This document shows, piece after piece, positions 1-9,756 of a DNA stretch of 36,804 nt. Positions within the stretch are counted from its first letter, which is position 1. Every line of letters begins with the position of its first letter. A program made the position numbers and the translations under genes. The notes under the pieces were generated by a model, which saw only the letters and a list, made by a program, of their open reading frames with translations, was not told the DNA's origin and searched no databases. The DNA comes from Myxococcota bacterium. GTDB lineage: Bacteria; Myxococcota; XYA12-FULL-58-9; JABJBS01. The stretch lies in the NCBI GenBank assembly GCA_036339465.1, contig JAYZAY010000074.1:1-36804 (forward strand), read 5' to 3'.

Positions 1-87
1 AGGCAGCCGCCCAAGGAGTGGTTAGTGACTGGGGTGAAGTCGTAACAAGGTATCCGTACCGGAAGGTGCGGATGGATCACCTCCTTT
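1..87 (+). rRNA. rrs: 16S rRNA, 3' end (partial, runs off the window start)
   Basis: Contains the universal GAAGTCGTAACAAGGTA, helix 45 (TATCCGTACC-GGAA-GGTGCGGATG) and the anti-Shine-Dalgarno GATCACCTCCTTT at 75-87. Confidence 0.98.
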
Positions 88-161
88 CTAAGGAGTTCAG
101 AGGCAATAGCCTCTCATGAACCCTAGGTCGATCACACGTACGTACTTGCTATTCAGCTTTC

Positions 162-190
162 AAGGAGTCAGGCATGGCTCCTTTTTTTTT
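162..190 (+). terminator. Intrinsic terminator downstream of 16S rRNA
   Basis: 9-bp stem AAGGAGTCA/TGGCTCCTT (one G-U pair), GGCA loop, T9 tract at 182-190. Confidence 0.85.
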
Positions 191-293
191 GCCCAAATTC
201 TTGATTCCCCAATCCGACTTTGCTCTAAAATTTCTTGCTCTAATATGCGCTGAGGCGTACTGTACCCAGCCGTTTAACATGGAGGTCGTCTGG

Positions 294-2669
294 ATGGCAG
301 AACGCGTAGAGACAGCTGCGGTGTTGGGTGCTGGTGTTATGGGAAGTGCCATTGCTGCTCACTTAGTGGGAGCAGGAATTCGCACAATTCTCTTGGATAT
401 AGTGCCCCCGAATTTGAATGATGAAGAAAAAAAGGACAGAACCTCGCGGAATCGTTTTGCAGATGGTGGCTTGGCGAAGGCATTGAAGATTAAGCCTGCT
501 GCATTTTATGAACCAGACGCAGCCCGCTTGATGACCACAGGTAATCTCGATGACGATTTAGAGCGACTCAAGGAATGTGATTTGATCATTGAGGCTGTGA
601 TTGAACGGATGGCTATTAAGCAGTCCCTTTTTGCCAAAATCGTTCCGCATTTAAAGTCCACGGCTATGTTGGCGACCAATACCAGTGGGCTTTCTATTAC
701 AGAGATGAGTAACTCGTTGCCTGAGGAAGTTCAGAGTCGATTTTTCGTCATGCACTTTTTCAATCCAGTTAGGTATATGAAATTACTAGAATTGGTACCG
801 GGTCCTAAGACGGCTCCAGCAGCCATGGCGCGGGCAGCAGCTTTGGGCGAAGATTTGGGTAAAGGAATTGTTTACGGAAAGGATACGCCGAACTTTGTTG
901 CCAATAGAATTGGTGTTTATAGCATGATGCTGGCGTTCCGGATGATGGATGAATTCGAGTTGTCCATTGAGGAGGTCGATAAAATTGCAGGTCCACCCAT
1001 GGGGCGGCCCAAGAGTGCTGCATTCCGGACAGCAGATGTTGTGGGAATTGATACTTTGGCTCATGTTGCACAGACGTGTTACGATAATCTGCCTGACGAC
1101 AAAGAGCGAGAAGTCTTTAATGTACCAAAATGGGTGACCAAATTGGTCGAAAGTGGCCGGATTGGTCAGAAAGCAAAGGCGGGCTTTTATAAAAAAGTAG
1201 GCAAGGTGATTAAGGTCTTGGATCACGGCAATCTGGAGTATCGTGAACAAAGGAAAGTACGATTTGATTCTCTCGGTGCTGTAAAAGCTGTTGAGGATGT
1301 CGGAGAGCGGATTAAAACCCTCATTAGCCAGGACGATGTGGCTGCTAGGTTCGCATGGAAGTGCTTGGCCAAGACCCTTTGTTATACCGCCGGCCTTGTC
1401 GGGGAAATTGCCGATGATGTGTTGAACGTCGATCGTGCCATGCGTTGGGGGTTTAACTGGGATCTTGGACCTTTTGAGGTTTGGGATGCGATTGGGGTTC
1501 CAGATTCTGTGGCTCGAATGAAGCAAGAGGGCTACGATGTTCCTGAATGGGTCGTAGAGATGGTGGAATCTGGTACGAAAACTTTTTATGCGGGTACGCC
1601 TGCGGACAAGACTTACTACGATCGTTGCTCTAAAAAGAACTCAGTGATCCCGAAGGACCCGCGGCATATTCATTTGGCAGCACTTAAAGAAGACAAGAAA
1701 AGACTCATTAAGTCGAATATGGGCGCGAGCTTGATCGACATTGGGGATGGGTGTTTATGTCTCGAAGTACATACCAAGATGAATACTGTGGATGCCGATG
1801 TTATTAGCATGCTCAATGAGGCTGTCGCGGAAGCAGAAGAAAATTTTGACTCATTGGTTATTGGAAATGATGGTCCACATTTTGGTGCAGGGGCGAATCT
1901 CTTGATGATTTTTATGGCCGCGCAGCAAAAGGAGTGGGGACAAATTGAAACCATGATTTCTGAGTTTCAGAAGGCGTGTCAGGGCTTGCGTTATGCGAAG
2001 ATCCCAGTGGTTTCTGCGCCATTCAATTTGACATTAGGCGGCGCTGCCGAAATCGCCATGGGTGCCGATGCTATTCAAGCATATGCTGAGACCTACATGG
2101 GATTGGTAGAAGTTGGCGTTGGCTTGATCCCCGCGGGGGGGGGATGTCTCCGAACGGTCGAGCGCTTTTCAGACGGCCTCCAAGGTATACCCGGAATTGA
2201 CCCTCTGAAATTTATTGGAACCGGTGCTCTGAATATAGCCATGGCCAAGACTGGTCAAGGTGCCGAGGATTCACGAAGATTGCGGTATATTCTACCTACG
2301 GATGGTATTACCTTGAATCGTGACCATCTCTTATATTCAGCGAAGCAGCGGGCACTCGGGATGACTCGAGCCGGTTATCGTCCGCCACGCCCAAGGACAT
2401 TCAAAGCCGCGGGCTACGATGCGGCTAGGACGATTGGGGTTCAGACCTGGGGGATGGTGGAAGGAGGATGGGCGTCTGAACACGATCGGCTGATTGCCGA
2501 TAAGGTCGCGTATATCATGTGTGGCGGAAATGTGTCGGCAGGAGCAATCCTTTCAGAAAACGATTATCTTAATTTGGAACGCGAAGCGTTCCTATCGCTG
2601 GTGGGTGAAGAGAAAAGCCAGGCCCGAATGCAAAGCATTCTCATGAACAACAAGCCACTGAGAAACTAA
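294..2669 (+). CDS. fadN: 3-hydroxyacyl-CoA dehydrogenase / enoyl-CoA hydratase (FadN type, dehydrogenase N-terminal)
   Basis: GAGVMG Rossmann motif, EAVIE, TNTSGL, HFFNPVRYM, and a C-terminal crotonase domain (FGAGANL, LGGAAE, GLVEVGVGLIP). Start moved to ATG 294, which follows GGAGG at 281-285. Confidence 0.93.
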   Translation: MAERVETAAVLGAGVMGSAIAAHLVGAGIRTILLDIVPPNLNDEEKKDRTSRNRFADGGLAKALKIKPAAFYEPDAARLMTTGNLDDDLERLKECDLIIEAVIERMAIKQSLFAKIVPHLKSTAMLATNTSGLSITEMSNSLPEEVQSRFFVMHFFNPVRYMKLLELVPGPKTAPAAMARAAALGEDLGKGIVYGKDTPNFVANRIGVYSMMLAFRMMDEFELSIEEVDKIAGPPMGRPKSAAFRTADVVGIDTLAHVAQTCYDNLPDDKEREVFNVPKWVTKLVESGRIGQKAKAGFYKKVGKVIKVLDHGNLEYREQRKVRFDSLGAVKAVEDVGERIKTLISQDDVAARFAWKCLAKTLCYTAGLVGEIADDVLNVDRAMRWGFNWDLGPFEVWDAIGVPDSVARMKQEGYDVPEWVVEMVESGTKTFYAGTPADKTYYDRCSKKNSVIPKDPRHIHLAALKEDKKRLIKSNMGASLIDIGDGCLCLEVHTKMNTVDADVISMLNEAVAEAEENFDSLVIGNDGPHFGAGANLLMIFMAAQQKEWGQIETMISEFQKACQGLRYAKIPVVSAPFNLTLGGAAEIAMGADAIQAYAETYMGLVEVGVGLIPAGGGCLRTVERFSDGLQGIPGIDPLKFIGTGALNIAMAKTGQGAEDSRRLRYILPTDGITLNRDHLLYSAKQRALGMTRAGYRPPRPRTFKAAGYDAARTIGVQTWGMVEGGWASEHDRLIADKVAYIMCGGNVSAGAILSENDYLNLEREAFLSLVGEEKSQARMQSILMNNKPLRN

Positions 2670-2680
2670 GGAGGTTCGAT

Positions 2681-3856
2681 ATGGGGTTTCCATTAAATGT
2701 TGCAATTGCGAGTTCGGTTCGGACCGCTGTGGGGCGAGCGGGCAAGAAAGGTACTCTAAAGAACACTCGACCAGATGATATGGCTGCTACCGCTATGAAG
2801 GCGGCGATAGCAAACGTCCCTGGTCTAAAAGGGGAAATGATCGATGATGTCATTTTGGGTTGTGCAATGCCTGAAGGAGAACAAGGGTTAAATATCGCTA
2901 GGAATGCGGTGTTTTTGGCAGAGTTACCGAATTCCGTCGCCGGTGAAACCATCAATCGGTTTTGTGCGAGTGGTCTACAGGCCATTGGGCATGCAGCTCA
3001 GATGGTGGAGACTGGTTCGGCTCAGGTGGTCATTGGAGGTGGAGTTGAGTCCATGTCCATGGTGCCCATGGGCGGAAATAAGATGAGTGTGAATCCGAAA
3101 CTCGTGGATCGCTACCCCGAGGCCTATATTTCCATGGGCCATACGGCTGAAAGAGTTGCGGAGCGCTTTGGGGTTTCAAGAGAAGAGCAGGACCGATTTG
3201 CGGTTCGGTCCCATGAGAATGCACTGGCGGCGATTCAAGCAGGCTATTTTAAAGAGGAAATAGCGCCGGTTGAGGCCCGTGTCTTTGGTCGTGATGGTGA
3301 GTCTACTATGGTTTTTGATACCGATGAATGTCCTCGGGCAGGTACTTCCATGGAAGGGTTGGCAAAATTAAGAGCGGTTTTTAAGGCAGGAGGAACTGTT
3401 ACGGCAGGTAATGCTTCTCCAATGAATGATGGTGCTGCGGCCGCTGTGTTGATGTCTGAAGCCACGGTGAAGGATTTGGGGGTTGAACCTATTGGCTATA
3501 TGAGAGGCTGTGTGGCGGCAGGTTGTGATCCGGATATTATGGGTATTGGCCCGGTTCCTGCTATCGAAAAGTTGCTGAAGCAAACAGGCTTAAGCATTGA
3601 GGATATCGATTTGTTTGAAATCAACGAAGCTTTTGCAGCCCAGTCGGTTTATTGTCAGCGAGAGTTGAAGATAGATGAGAACAAACTTAATGTAAGTGGG
3701 GGGGCGATTGCTTTGGGGCATCCATTGGGTTGTACGGGGGCGAAACTCTCGGCAACGGTGCTCCATGCCCTTAAACGTACGGGTGGAAAGTTTGGAATTG
3801 TTTCCATGTGTATCGGTGGTGGTATGGGCATGGCGGGGCTATTTGAAGTAGCTTAA
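2681..3856 (+). CDS. fadA: Acetyl-CoA C-acyltransferase (thiolase)
   Basis: NRFCASG active-site Cys, NEAFA, GHPLGCTG, CIGGGMG; SD GGAGG just upstream. Confidence 0.95.
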   Translation: MGFPLNVAIASSVRTAVGRAGKKGTLKNTRPDDMAATAMKAAIANVPGLKGEMIDDVILGCAMPEGEQGLNIARNAVFLAELPNSVAGETINRFCASGLQAIGHAAQMVETGSAQVVIGGGVESMSMVPMGGNKMSVNPKLVDRYPEAYISMGHTAERVAERFGVSREEQDRFAVRSHENALAAIQAGYFKEEIAPVEARVFGRDGESTMVFDTDECPRAGTSMEGLAKLRAVFKAGGTVTAGNASPMNDGAAAAVLMSEATVKDLGVEPIGYMRGCVAAGCDPDIMGIGPVPAIEKLLKQTGLSIEDIDLFEINEAFAAQSVYCQRELKIDENKLNVSGGAIALGHPLGCTGAKLSATVLHALKRTGGKFGIVSMCIGGGMGMAGLFEVA

Positions 3857-3891
3857 TTCCTGGATATCTGTATAGAGGCCATCTGACGAAC

Positions 3892-3937
3892 GAAGGGTCC
3901 GGTGAATTCCTTGGGATTGCCGGGCTCTTTTTATTTG
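3892..3937 (+). terminator. Probable intrinsic terminator after fadA
   Basis: Stem AAGGGTCCGGT/GCCGGGCTCTT (with G-U pairs) followed by a T-rich tail. Confidence 0.65.
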
Positions 3938-3960
3938 GCAGACGATAGGTGAGGCGAGAC

Positions 3961-5397
3961 ATGGTACGAGTACGAATAGCTCCATCCCCAACGGGTGATC
4001 CCCATGTGGGCACTGCGTATATTGCTTTGTTTAATTATCTTTTTGCGAAGCAGAATAACGGTGAGTTTATTTTACGCATAGAAGACACTGACCGAACTCG
4101 CTCGAAACCTGAGTGGGAAACAATGATCATCGATTCGTTAAGGTGGTTTGGTGTCGATTGGGCAGAGGGGCCGGATGTCGGGGGGCCTTACGGACCCTAT
4201 CGTCAAAGTGAGCGAGGAAATATCTATCGTGAATATGCTGAAATCCTCTTGGCTAAGGGAATGGCCTATCGCTGCTTTCTGACCTCGGAGGAGTTAGGTC
4301 AGATCCGTGAGGAACAACGCGCCAAGGGATCACCTTTGGGTTATGATGGACGTAGTCGCGATCTGAGTGCAGAGGACTTAAAGCAAAACTTGGCTGCCAA
4401 TAAGCCATATGTCATTAGACTCAAGGTACCGCGACCAGAGCGCACAGTTTTCAATGATCGAATGCGTGGAGATATCGAAATTGATCATGACCAAGTGGAT
4501 GATCAGGTACTACTTAAAACCGACGGAATGCCTACCTACCATTTAGCGAACGTCGTTGACGACCATTTGATGAAGATCACCCATGTTATTAGGGCTGAAG
4601 AATGGATCTCATCAACACCAAAGCACGTGCTTCTATATAAGGCTTTTGAATGGGAGATGCCTGAGTTTATTCATATGCCCCTTTTGAGAAATAAGGATAA
4701 ATCTAAGATATCTAAGCGTAAAAACCCAGTGAGTATTAACTACTATAAAGAAGCAGGTTTCTTACCTGAGGCTATGCGCAATTATCTTGGTATGATGGGA
4801 TGGTCGATGCCGGATGGGGAAGAGAAGTTCACGACAGATGCGATGCTGGAGAACTTTACTTTCGACCGGATTTCTCTGGGGGGGCCCGTATTCGATATCG
4901 AAAAATTTACGTGGCTGAATGGTTTGTATCTGAGAGACATGTCTTTGGAGCAAATGGTCGGCTATCTACGCGAGCAGATTGTTTCTGAGGAACGCTTGAG
5001 GGAAGTTGCGCAGTTGGTGCAAAATAGAATTGAAAAATTCGAGGATTTTGCCAGCAAGACGACATTTTTTTTCTGTGGTGCTTTGGCGTTAGGCGAGAAA
5101 GAAGTTCAACTTATGGTTCCTAAAAAGCGAAGTGCTCAGGATATCTATAAGGCCTTTGAGGATGTGGTGAGCTTTATCGATGGTTCAGTGGGTTTGGAGT
5201 TTGAATCACTTCAATCTGGCCTAAATGAAGTTCGTGAAAAACACGAATTAAAAGGCAAAGAATTTTTCATGCCCTTGAGAATCGCGGTGACTGGTCGAAA
5301 GGACTCACCGCCCTTGGTGGAATCCATGGTGGTATTGGGTAAGGAATGTTGTCGTCGTAGGATTCGTGAGGCCATCAATTTCTTAAAGAAAAGTTAG
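3961..5397 (+). CDS. gltX: Glutamate--tRNA ligase
   Basis: RIAPSPTGDPHVGT (HIGH-like), LRIEDTD, YHLANVVDDH, KISKR (KMSKS-like), PLRIAVTG. Confidence 0.97.
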   Translation: MVRVRIAPSPTGDPHVGTAYIALFNYLFAKQNNGEFILRIEDTDRTRSKPEWETMIIDSLRWFGVDWAEGPDVGGPYGPYRQSERGNIYREYAEILLAKGMAYRCFLTSEELGQIREEQRAKGSPLGYDGRSRDLSAEDLKQNLAANKPYVIRLKVPRPERTVFNDRMRGDIEIDHDQVDDQVLLKTDGMPTYHLANVVDDHLMKITHVIRAEEWISSTPKHVLLYKAFEWEMPEFIHMPLLRNKDKSKISKRKNPVSINYYKEAGFLPEAMRNYLGMMGWSMPDGEEKFTTDAMLENFTFDRISLGGPVFDIEKFTWLNGLYLRDMSLEQMVGYLREQIVSEERLREVAQLVQNRIEKFEDFASKTTFFFCGALALGEKEVQLMVPKKRSAQDIYKAFEDVVSFIDGSVGLEFESLQSGLNEVREKHELKGKEFFMPLRIAVTGRKDSPPLVESMVVLGKECCRRRIREAINFLKKS

Positions 5398-5419
5398 GCA
5401 GGATCGGGGCTGTTTGGTT

Positions 5420-6304
5420 TTAGAGCCAACCGCCATTTTTAAGAGTTCTGTTTAATTTCGACAGATTGTCTTTATGTATCGGTACCAATGGTAGTCGGAG
5501 ATGATTCTCGATTTTCTTTGTCATTGATAGAGCAGCCTTAACAGGAATCGGATTTGACTCGATAAACAATCCGTCGAAAACGGGGGCGAGTTTGTGATGA
5601 ATCTTTCGGGCTTCTTGAGTATTACCTTGCATCGCGGCTGAGACCATTTCGCTGAACGTCTTGGGAAGTAAGTTGGATGTTACACTAATAACGCCGGTGC
5701 CTCCCATTAAAACAAATGGGCAAGCGGTGCCATCATCACCGGAGAGCAGCGATGTGGCTCTTGTGCCTGTTAGAAGGGGGCTTAATCTGGTTATATCGCC
5801 CGTGGCTTCCTTGATACCAGCGATAGCGGGTATATTAAGTAATCGGTGATAAGTAGTGGGAAGCATATCACATCCCGTCCTTCCGGGAACATTGTAGGCA
5901 ATAATTGGAATATCAACTGCATCCGCTATGGCCCAATAGTGTCGATAGAGTCCTTCCGGGGTGGGTTTGTTGTAATAGGGCGTAACCACGAGCGTGGCGT
6001 CGGCACCGGCATCTCTAGCCCGCTTTTGGTGTTCTATAGCGCTGGTAGTATTGTTTCCGCCAGTGCCTGCGATAACCGGAACTTTACCTTTTGCCACTTC
6101 GACGACGGTTTGAATGACTTTCTGGCGTTCGTCTGCCGATAGAGTTGCTGATTCTCCGGTGGTGCCACAGGGAACCAAACCGTGAATACCTTCGCTGATT
6201 TGCCATGTTGCCAGTGCTTTGACCGCTTCAAAATCGACACTGCTATCGGCATTCATGGGGGTTACGAGGGCCGTAAAAGCGCCTCTGAAAATGGTGTCTT
6301 CCAT
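5420..6304 (-). CDS. dapA: 4-hydroxy-tetrahydrodipicolinate synthase
   Basis: GTTGES, PYYNKP, YNVPGRTG, Schiff-base Lys in GIKEATG, ESNPIPVK. Confidence 0.96.
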   Translation of the reverse strand: MEDTIFRGAFTALVTPMNADSSVDFEAVKALATWQISEGIHGLVPCGTTGESATLSADERQKVIQTVVEVAKGKVPVIAGTGGNNTTSAIEHQKRARDAGADATLVVTPYYNKPTPEGLYRHYWAIADAVDIPIIAYNVPGRTGCDMLPTTYHRLLNIPAIAGIKEATGDITRLSPLLTGTRATSLLSGDDGTACPFVLMGGTGVISVTSNLLPKTFSEMVSAAMQGNTQEARKIHHKLAPVFDGLFIESNPIPVKAALSMTKKIENHLRLPLVPIHKDNLSKLNRTLKNGGWL

Positions 6305-6306
6305 GG

Positions 6307-7587
6307 TTAATCTTCCGATAGAGCGGATAAATCATGCTCGGATAGGGGGGTTTCATGCTGCCAGAGGTCTTCATAGGACTCCCTTGCTCGGATAACTTGG
6401 AATTGGTCACCGTAACAAATTACTTCGGGAGGGCGGGGACGTCCATTATATGTGGAACTCATGACAAAGCCATATGCGCCTACGCTCCGTATGGCAACCA
6501 AGTCTCCAGCTGTCCAATTTGGGATTTCCACTTGTTCGAGAAAAGTATCTGCGGATTCACAGACGGGACCAACCACGTCAGCGATTATTTTGTCTTCCGG
6601 CTCTTTTGTTACGGATTCTAATTCGTGGTGGGCGTGGTAAAGGGACGGTCGAATTAGGTCGTTCATGGCAGTGTCGAGAATGATAAAGTTTCTTTTCTCT
6701 CCGATTTTGCGTCTAATGACCCGTGAGAGCAATACCCCCGCGTTACCAACAATGACCCTTCCTGGCTCAAATACTATCCGTAGTGGGAGATCATGAAATA
6801 CTTCTGCGAGTACTTTTCCGTAGGCGTCCGGATCGGGTGGTGTTTCGTTACTGGTATAGGGGATGCCTAGCCCACCTCCCATTCCGAGATAATCCAGTGT
6901 GATGCCTTCTGAAATAAGGCGCTGGGTAATCTCGTGCATGATTCTTGCTGTATCAATAAAGGGGGAGAGGGTCGTGATTTGAGAACCTATATGGCAAGTG
7001 ACCCCTACTGGCTTAAGGAGGGGGTGCTTTTTGGCGAATTGATACAGGGCATAAGCTTTTTCGATTGGAACGCCAAACTTATTTTTTGTTAGGCCCGTCG
7101 CAATGTATGCGTGGGTTTTGGGGTCGACGTTGGGGTTTACCCGAATTGAGATAGGTGCTTCAATATTTAATTTTTCTGCGAGCTTGGCGATTGCGCCCAA
7201 TTCTTCCGCGGATTCTACGCAAATATATAGAGGTCCGTATTCGAGGGCTGCGGCAATTTCGTCATCACGTTTTCCCACACCACTAAAAATGACAGCTTTA
7301 GGGGGCGCTTTGATTTTTTCGACTCTTTTAAGTTCTCCAAGCGATACTGCGTCGAATCCACATCCAAGGGACTTGAGTAATTCCAGAACAGCCAGGTTAC
7401 TATTAGCTTTCACGGCATAGCAAATTTGAGCCCTCAATGGCTCAAGTGCTTTTTGAAGAACTCTTACGTGTCGGGCAATCGTCGCTGCGGAGTAGACATA
7501 GGCAGGCGTGCCGACATCGTTTGCAATTTTGGAGAGTGGCACTTCCTCGCAATATAGCTCTGTTTCTTTCCTAACGAAGAAATCCAT
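6307..7587 (-). CDS. lysA: Diaminopimelate decarboxylase
   Basis: YAVKAN PLP-Lys, HIGSQ, GGGLG, EPGR, GPVCES, GAYG...YN. Confidence 0.96.
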   Translation of the reverse strand: MDFFVRKETELYCEEVPLSKIANDVGTPAYVYSAATIARHVRVLQKALEPLRAQICYAVKANSNLAVLELLKSLGCGFDAVSLGELKRVEKIKAPPKAVIFSGVGKRDDEIAAALEYGPLYICVESAEELGAIAKLAEKLNIEAPISIRVNPNVDPKTHAYIATGLTKNKFGVPIEKAYALYQFAKKHPLLKPVGVTCHIGSQITTLSPFIDTARIMHEITQRLISEGITLDYLGMGGGLGIPYTSNETPPDPDAYGKVLAEVFHDLPLRIVFEPGRVIVGNAGVLLSRVIRRKIGEKRNFIILDTAMNDLIRPSLYHAHHELESVTKEPEDKIIADVVGPVCESADTFLEQVEIPNWTAGDLVAIRSVGAYGFVMSSTYNGRPRPPEVICYGDQFQVIRARESYEDLWQHETPLSEHDLSALSED

Positions 7588-7624
7588 AGCGGCTCCTTAA
7601 CCATCCTCCATCGATGGTATTTAT

Positions 7625-9460
7625 TTAGAAGCGCAATGCTAGATGGGCTTCAATACCCCACGCGAATTGACTGTCTAATACCGTAGCGCCACTTGTGGGC
7701 TCCGCATTGTCTGCTAACAAATCAAATCCGCCGAGTGGGAAAAGCATTGCTCCTGTCACCCCTCCGAAGACTCCGGTATCCTCTGTGCCGGTTTGATCTC
7801 CAAAGGTGATGGAGGCGTCGATTTCAACCCCCAGTGGCCGTTTTCGAGCTTTCTGTCCATCAACGCAGCTCGCTACAAAGTCAGGTCCCCAGCACCTCGC
7901 GGTCGAATTTGTGTAGATCGCTTGTGAATAGATCGCCGCAAGTTCTCCGCCGATGAGCTCAGTGAAGGCATAGCTGGCTGACGGTCGTAAATACCAGGCG
8001 TCGGTGACGGCTCCCAGAATACGTCTAAATAGCAACCGGTCGATGTGATAATTGGGACTAAATTGAAAATTTAGAAGATCCTGATCGATAATATTTTCTT
8101 TCGATTGAAGGCCGCGCTGAGTGTCTGCTGAATTTAAGGATCCAAGTCCTACCCACTGGTCTCCTGTTGCACCTCCAAGCTTGAGCTGGAAAGTAGCACC
8201 GGTCATATCGCTGGGCCGATAAGTGAGTTCAGCTACAGCCCCGGCTTGAAAAATGTTTGTAGATAGCTCGGTTCCATTGATACTTGTGTCGGTGAATTCC
8301 CCATAGACTAAAGCCGCTTCGGCACCGATTTCCCAGTTGCCGAAATAGATTTTTCCAAAAGCGTCCCCCATGTAAATATTCCCATCTCGAGTTTCCGATA
8401 TGTCGACCCCATCAGCTTGGTTGATGATGTCCGATAGCACGTAGCTGGACGCATCCTGGCCATTTGTATCGTAGTAGGAGGGGGGGAGCCCGTTTGATTG
8501 GCGGCGCAAACTATTCCAGATACCGTAGTTAATCACCGTGTTGCCACGGAGTACATGGTCTCGAATATCTTCAGGATGATCTATTCTCAGAACCTGAAGA
8601 GAGTATTGCGATATATCGTCCCAGCTGAAGGCGTCTGCGGCTTGGCTAGTTAGATTTCCATGGGGTTTCCATAGTGGACCGCTAGAAATCCAATCGTACC
8701 CCGCGACAAAAACATGATCGGCGATTCGAAACGCCACGGAGAGTCGGTCAGTGTACTCGTCGTAATCACAGTCAAGGCATGAGCCGTTGTTGAAAAGCAT
8801 TCCCAGTCCCCAGTGACTCGGCATGCGGCCTATTTGGAGCTTGAGTTGTTCATTGAGCGCGGTAATGCTGGAAGAGGCATGTTTAACATTAATAATATCT
8901 GCCACTTCGAGTCCGTCATTACTTTGAGATCTACTTAAAATATCGACGGGGGAACGCCCATTCAACCGGGAGGTGTTGGGGGAGCTACCCAGAATCAAAT
9001 TATCGAGGACGTCCACCGTGAAGTGAAGTCGAGCAGACTTTAACACGTGAACGGTGGGTCGAAGTCTCAGTCGTAAATTTGCAGATGAGTAGTTGGAACT
9101 TAGAGCATTTGAACTAGATCCCGATGTTGCCGGGTATCGATGTACCCCAGCGTCGCCGGTTGCGGTCGATTCCCATATGCTCTTGTTGCCGAAATCGAGC
9201 CTTTGGAGTGTGTGGGTCCGCGCTCTGAAATATCCGTGCAAATCGAATAGTTGGAGCTTTGGCTTTACGAGGACCCAATCAGGACTCTTCCAATCTTCGA
9301 GATTGATGGTGTTGCCGCCAGTGGATTTTGTGGGAAGCTCAGTGCTTTGGGGAGCGGGTGCCGCGGCGGGGGGCTTCGGCTGGGAACCGGCCTCAGGGCC
9401 AGGCTCTGTCACCTGAGATAAAGAAGCCATGTAAATGAACCACAAGGTTGCCACCTTCAT
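7625..9460 (-). CDS. Outer-membrane beta-barrel protein, TIGR04551-like (myxobacterial family)
   Basis: N-terminal hydrophobic leader, Pro-rich linker, HGYFR, DVLDNLILGS, GRMPSHWGLGM..N.G.CLDCD, NFQFSPNYHID.LLFR, C-terminal aromatic (LRF). Confidence 0.75.
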   Translation of the reverse strand: MKVATLWFIYMASLSQVTEPGPEAGSQPKPPAAAPAPQSTELPTKSTGGNTINLEDWKSPDWVLVKPKLQLFDLHGYFRARTHTLQRLDFGNKSIWESTATGDAGVHRYPATSGSSSNALSSNYSSANLRLRLRPTVHVLKSARLHFTVDVLDNLILGSSPNTSRLNGRSPVDILSRSQSNDGLEVADIINVKHASSSITALNEQLKLQIGRMPSHWGLGMLFNNGSCLDCDYDEYTDRLSVAFRIADHVFVAGYDWISSGPLWKPHGNLTSQAADAFSWDDISQYSLQVLRIDHPEDIRDHVLRGNTVINYGIWNSLRRQSNGLPPSYYDTNGQDASSYVLSDIINQADGVDISETRDGNIYMGDAFGKIYFGNWEIGAEAALVYGEFTDTSINGTELSTNIFQAGAVAELTYRPSDMTGATFQLKLGGATGDQWVGLGSLNSADTQRGLQSKENIIDQDLLNFQFSPNYHIDRLLFRRILGAVTDAWYLRPSASYAFTELIGGELAAIYSQAIYTNSTARCWGPDFVASCVDGQKARKRPLGVEIDASITFGDQTGTEDTGVFGGVTGAMLFPLGGFDLLADNAEPTSGATVLDSQFAWGIEAHLALRF

Positions 9461-9661
9461 AATTACTCCAATTCATATTCTTCTGTTTGCGTCCTGGTTG
9501 CCCAGCAACGAGGCGGAATCTACACTGCTGGTAGTCTCTCTTCAAGTCTGAGGAGGTAAGGAACTGAACTCCGCGGACAAATTAATTGTCCGTTTTGTGA
9601 TCTCGGTGATGCTCAGTTACTAAACTATCGAAATAGAAGAGTTTTATGAACGATAGAAGGA

Positions 9662-9691
9662 CTTGACATCAGCGCCAAGCAAACCATATTA
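9662..9691 (+). promoter_or_regulatory. Candidate dnaK promoter (sigma32/sigma70-like)
   Basis: CTTGACA at 9662-9668 and ACCATAT at 9683-9689, about 70 nt before the dnaK ATG. Resembles the CTTGA-N(13-17)-CCCCATNT consensus. Confidence 0.55.
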
Positions 9692-9756
9692 CCGACGATA
9701 ATTGAAAGAGATTGAGCCCAATGCGGGCTTCCGACGTTACTAGGAGACTACAATTT

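Noticed and set aside
174..293. 40-codon N-terminal extension of fadN in the ORF track
   Set aside because: It begins inside the terminator hairpin/T-tract; the SD and the recognisable protein start are at ATG 294.
786..1526. 246-aa minus-strand ORF, and the many similar short antisense ORFs within dnaK, menD, deoC and tuf (e.g. 35938-36495)
   Set aside because: Shadow frames of well-conserved genes with no recognisable motifs, unlike the thioesterase at 23062-23472.
9712..9756. Upstream start for dnaK
   Set aside because: The canonical [10 protein letters not shown] start with an AGGAG SD is at 9757.
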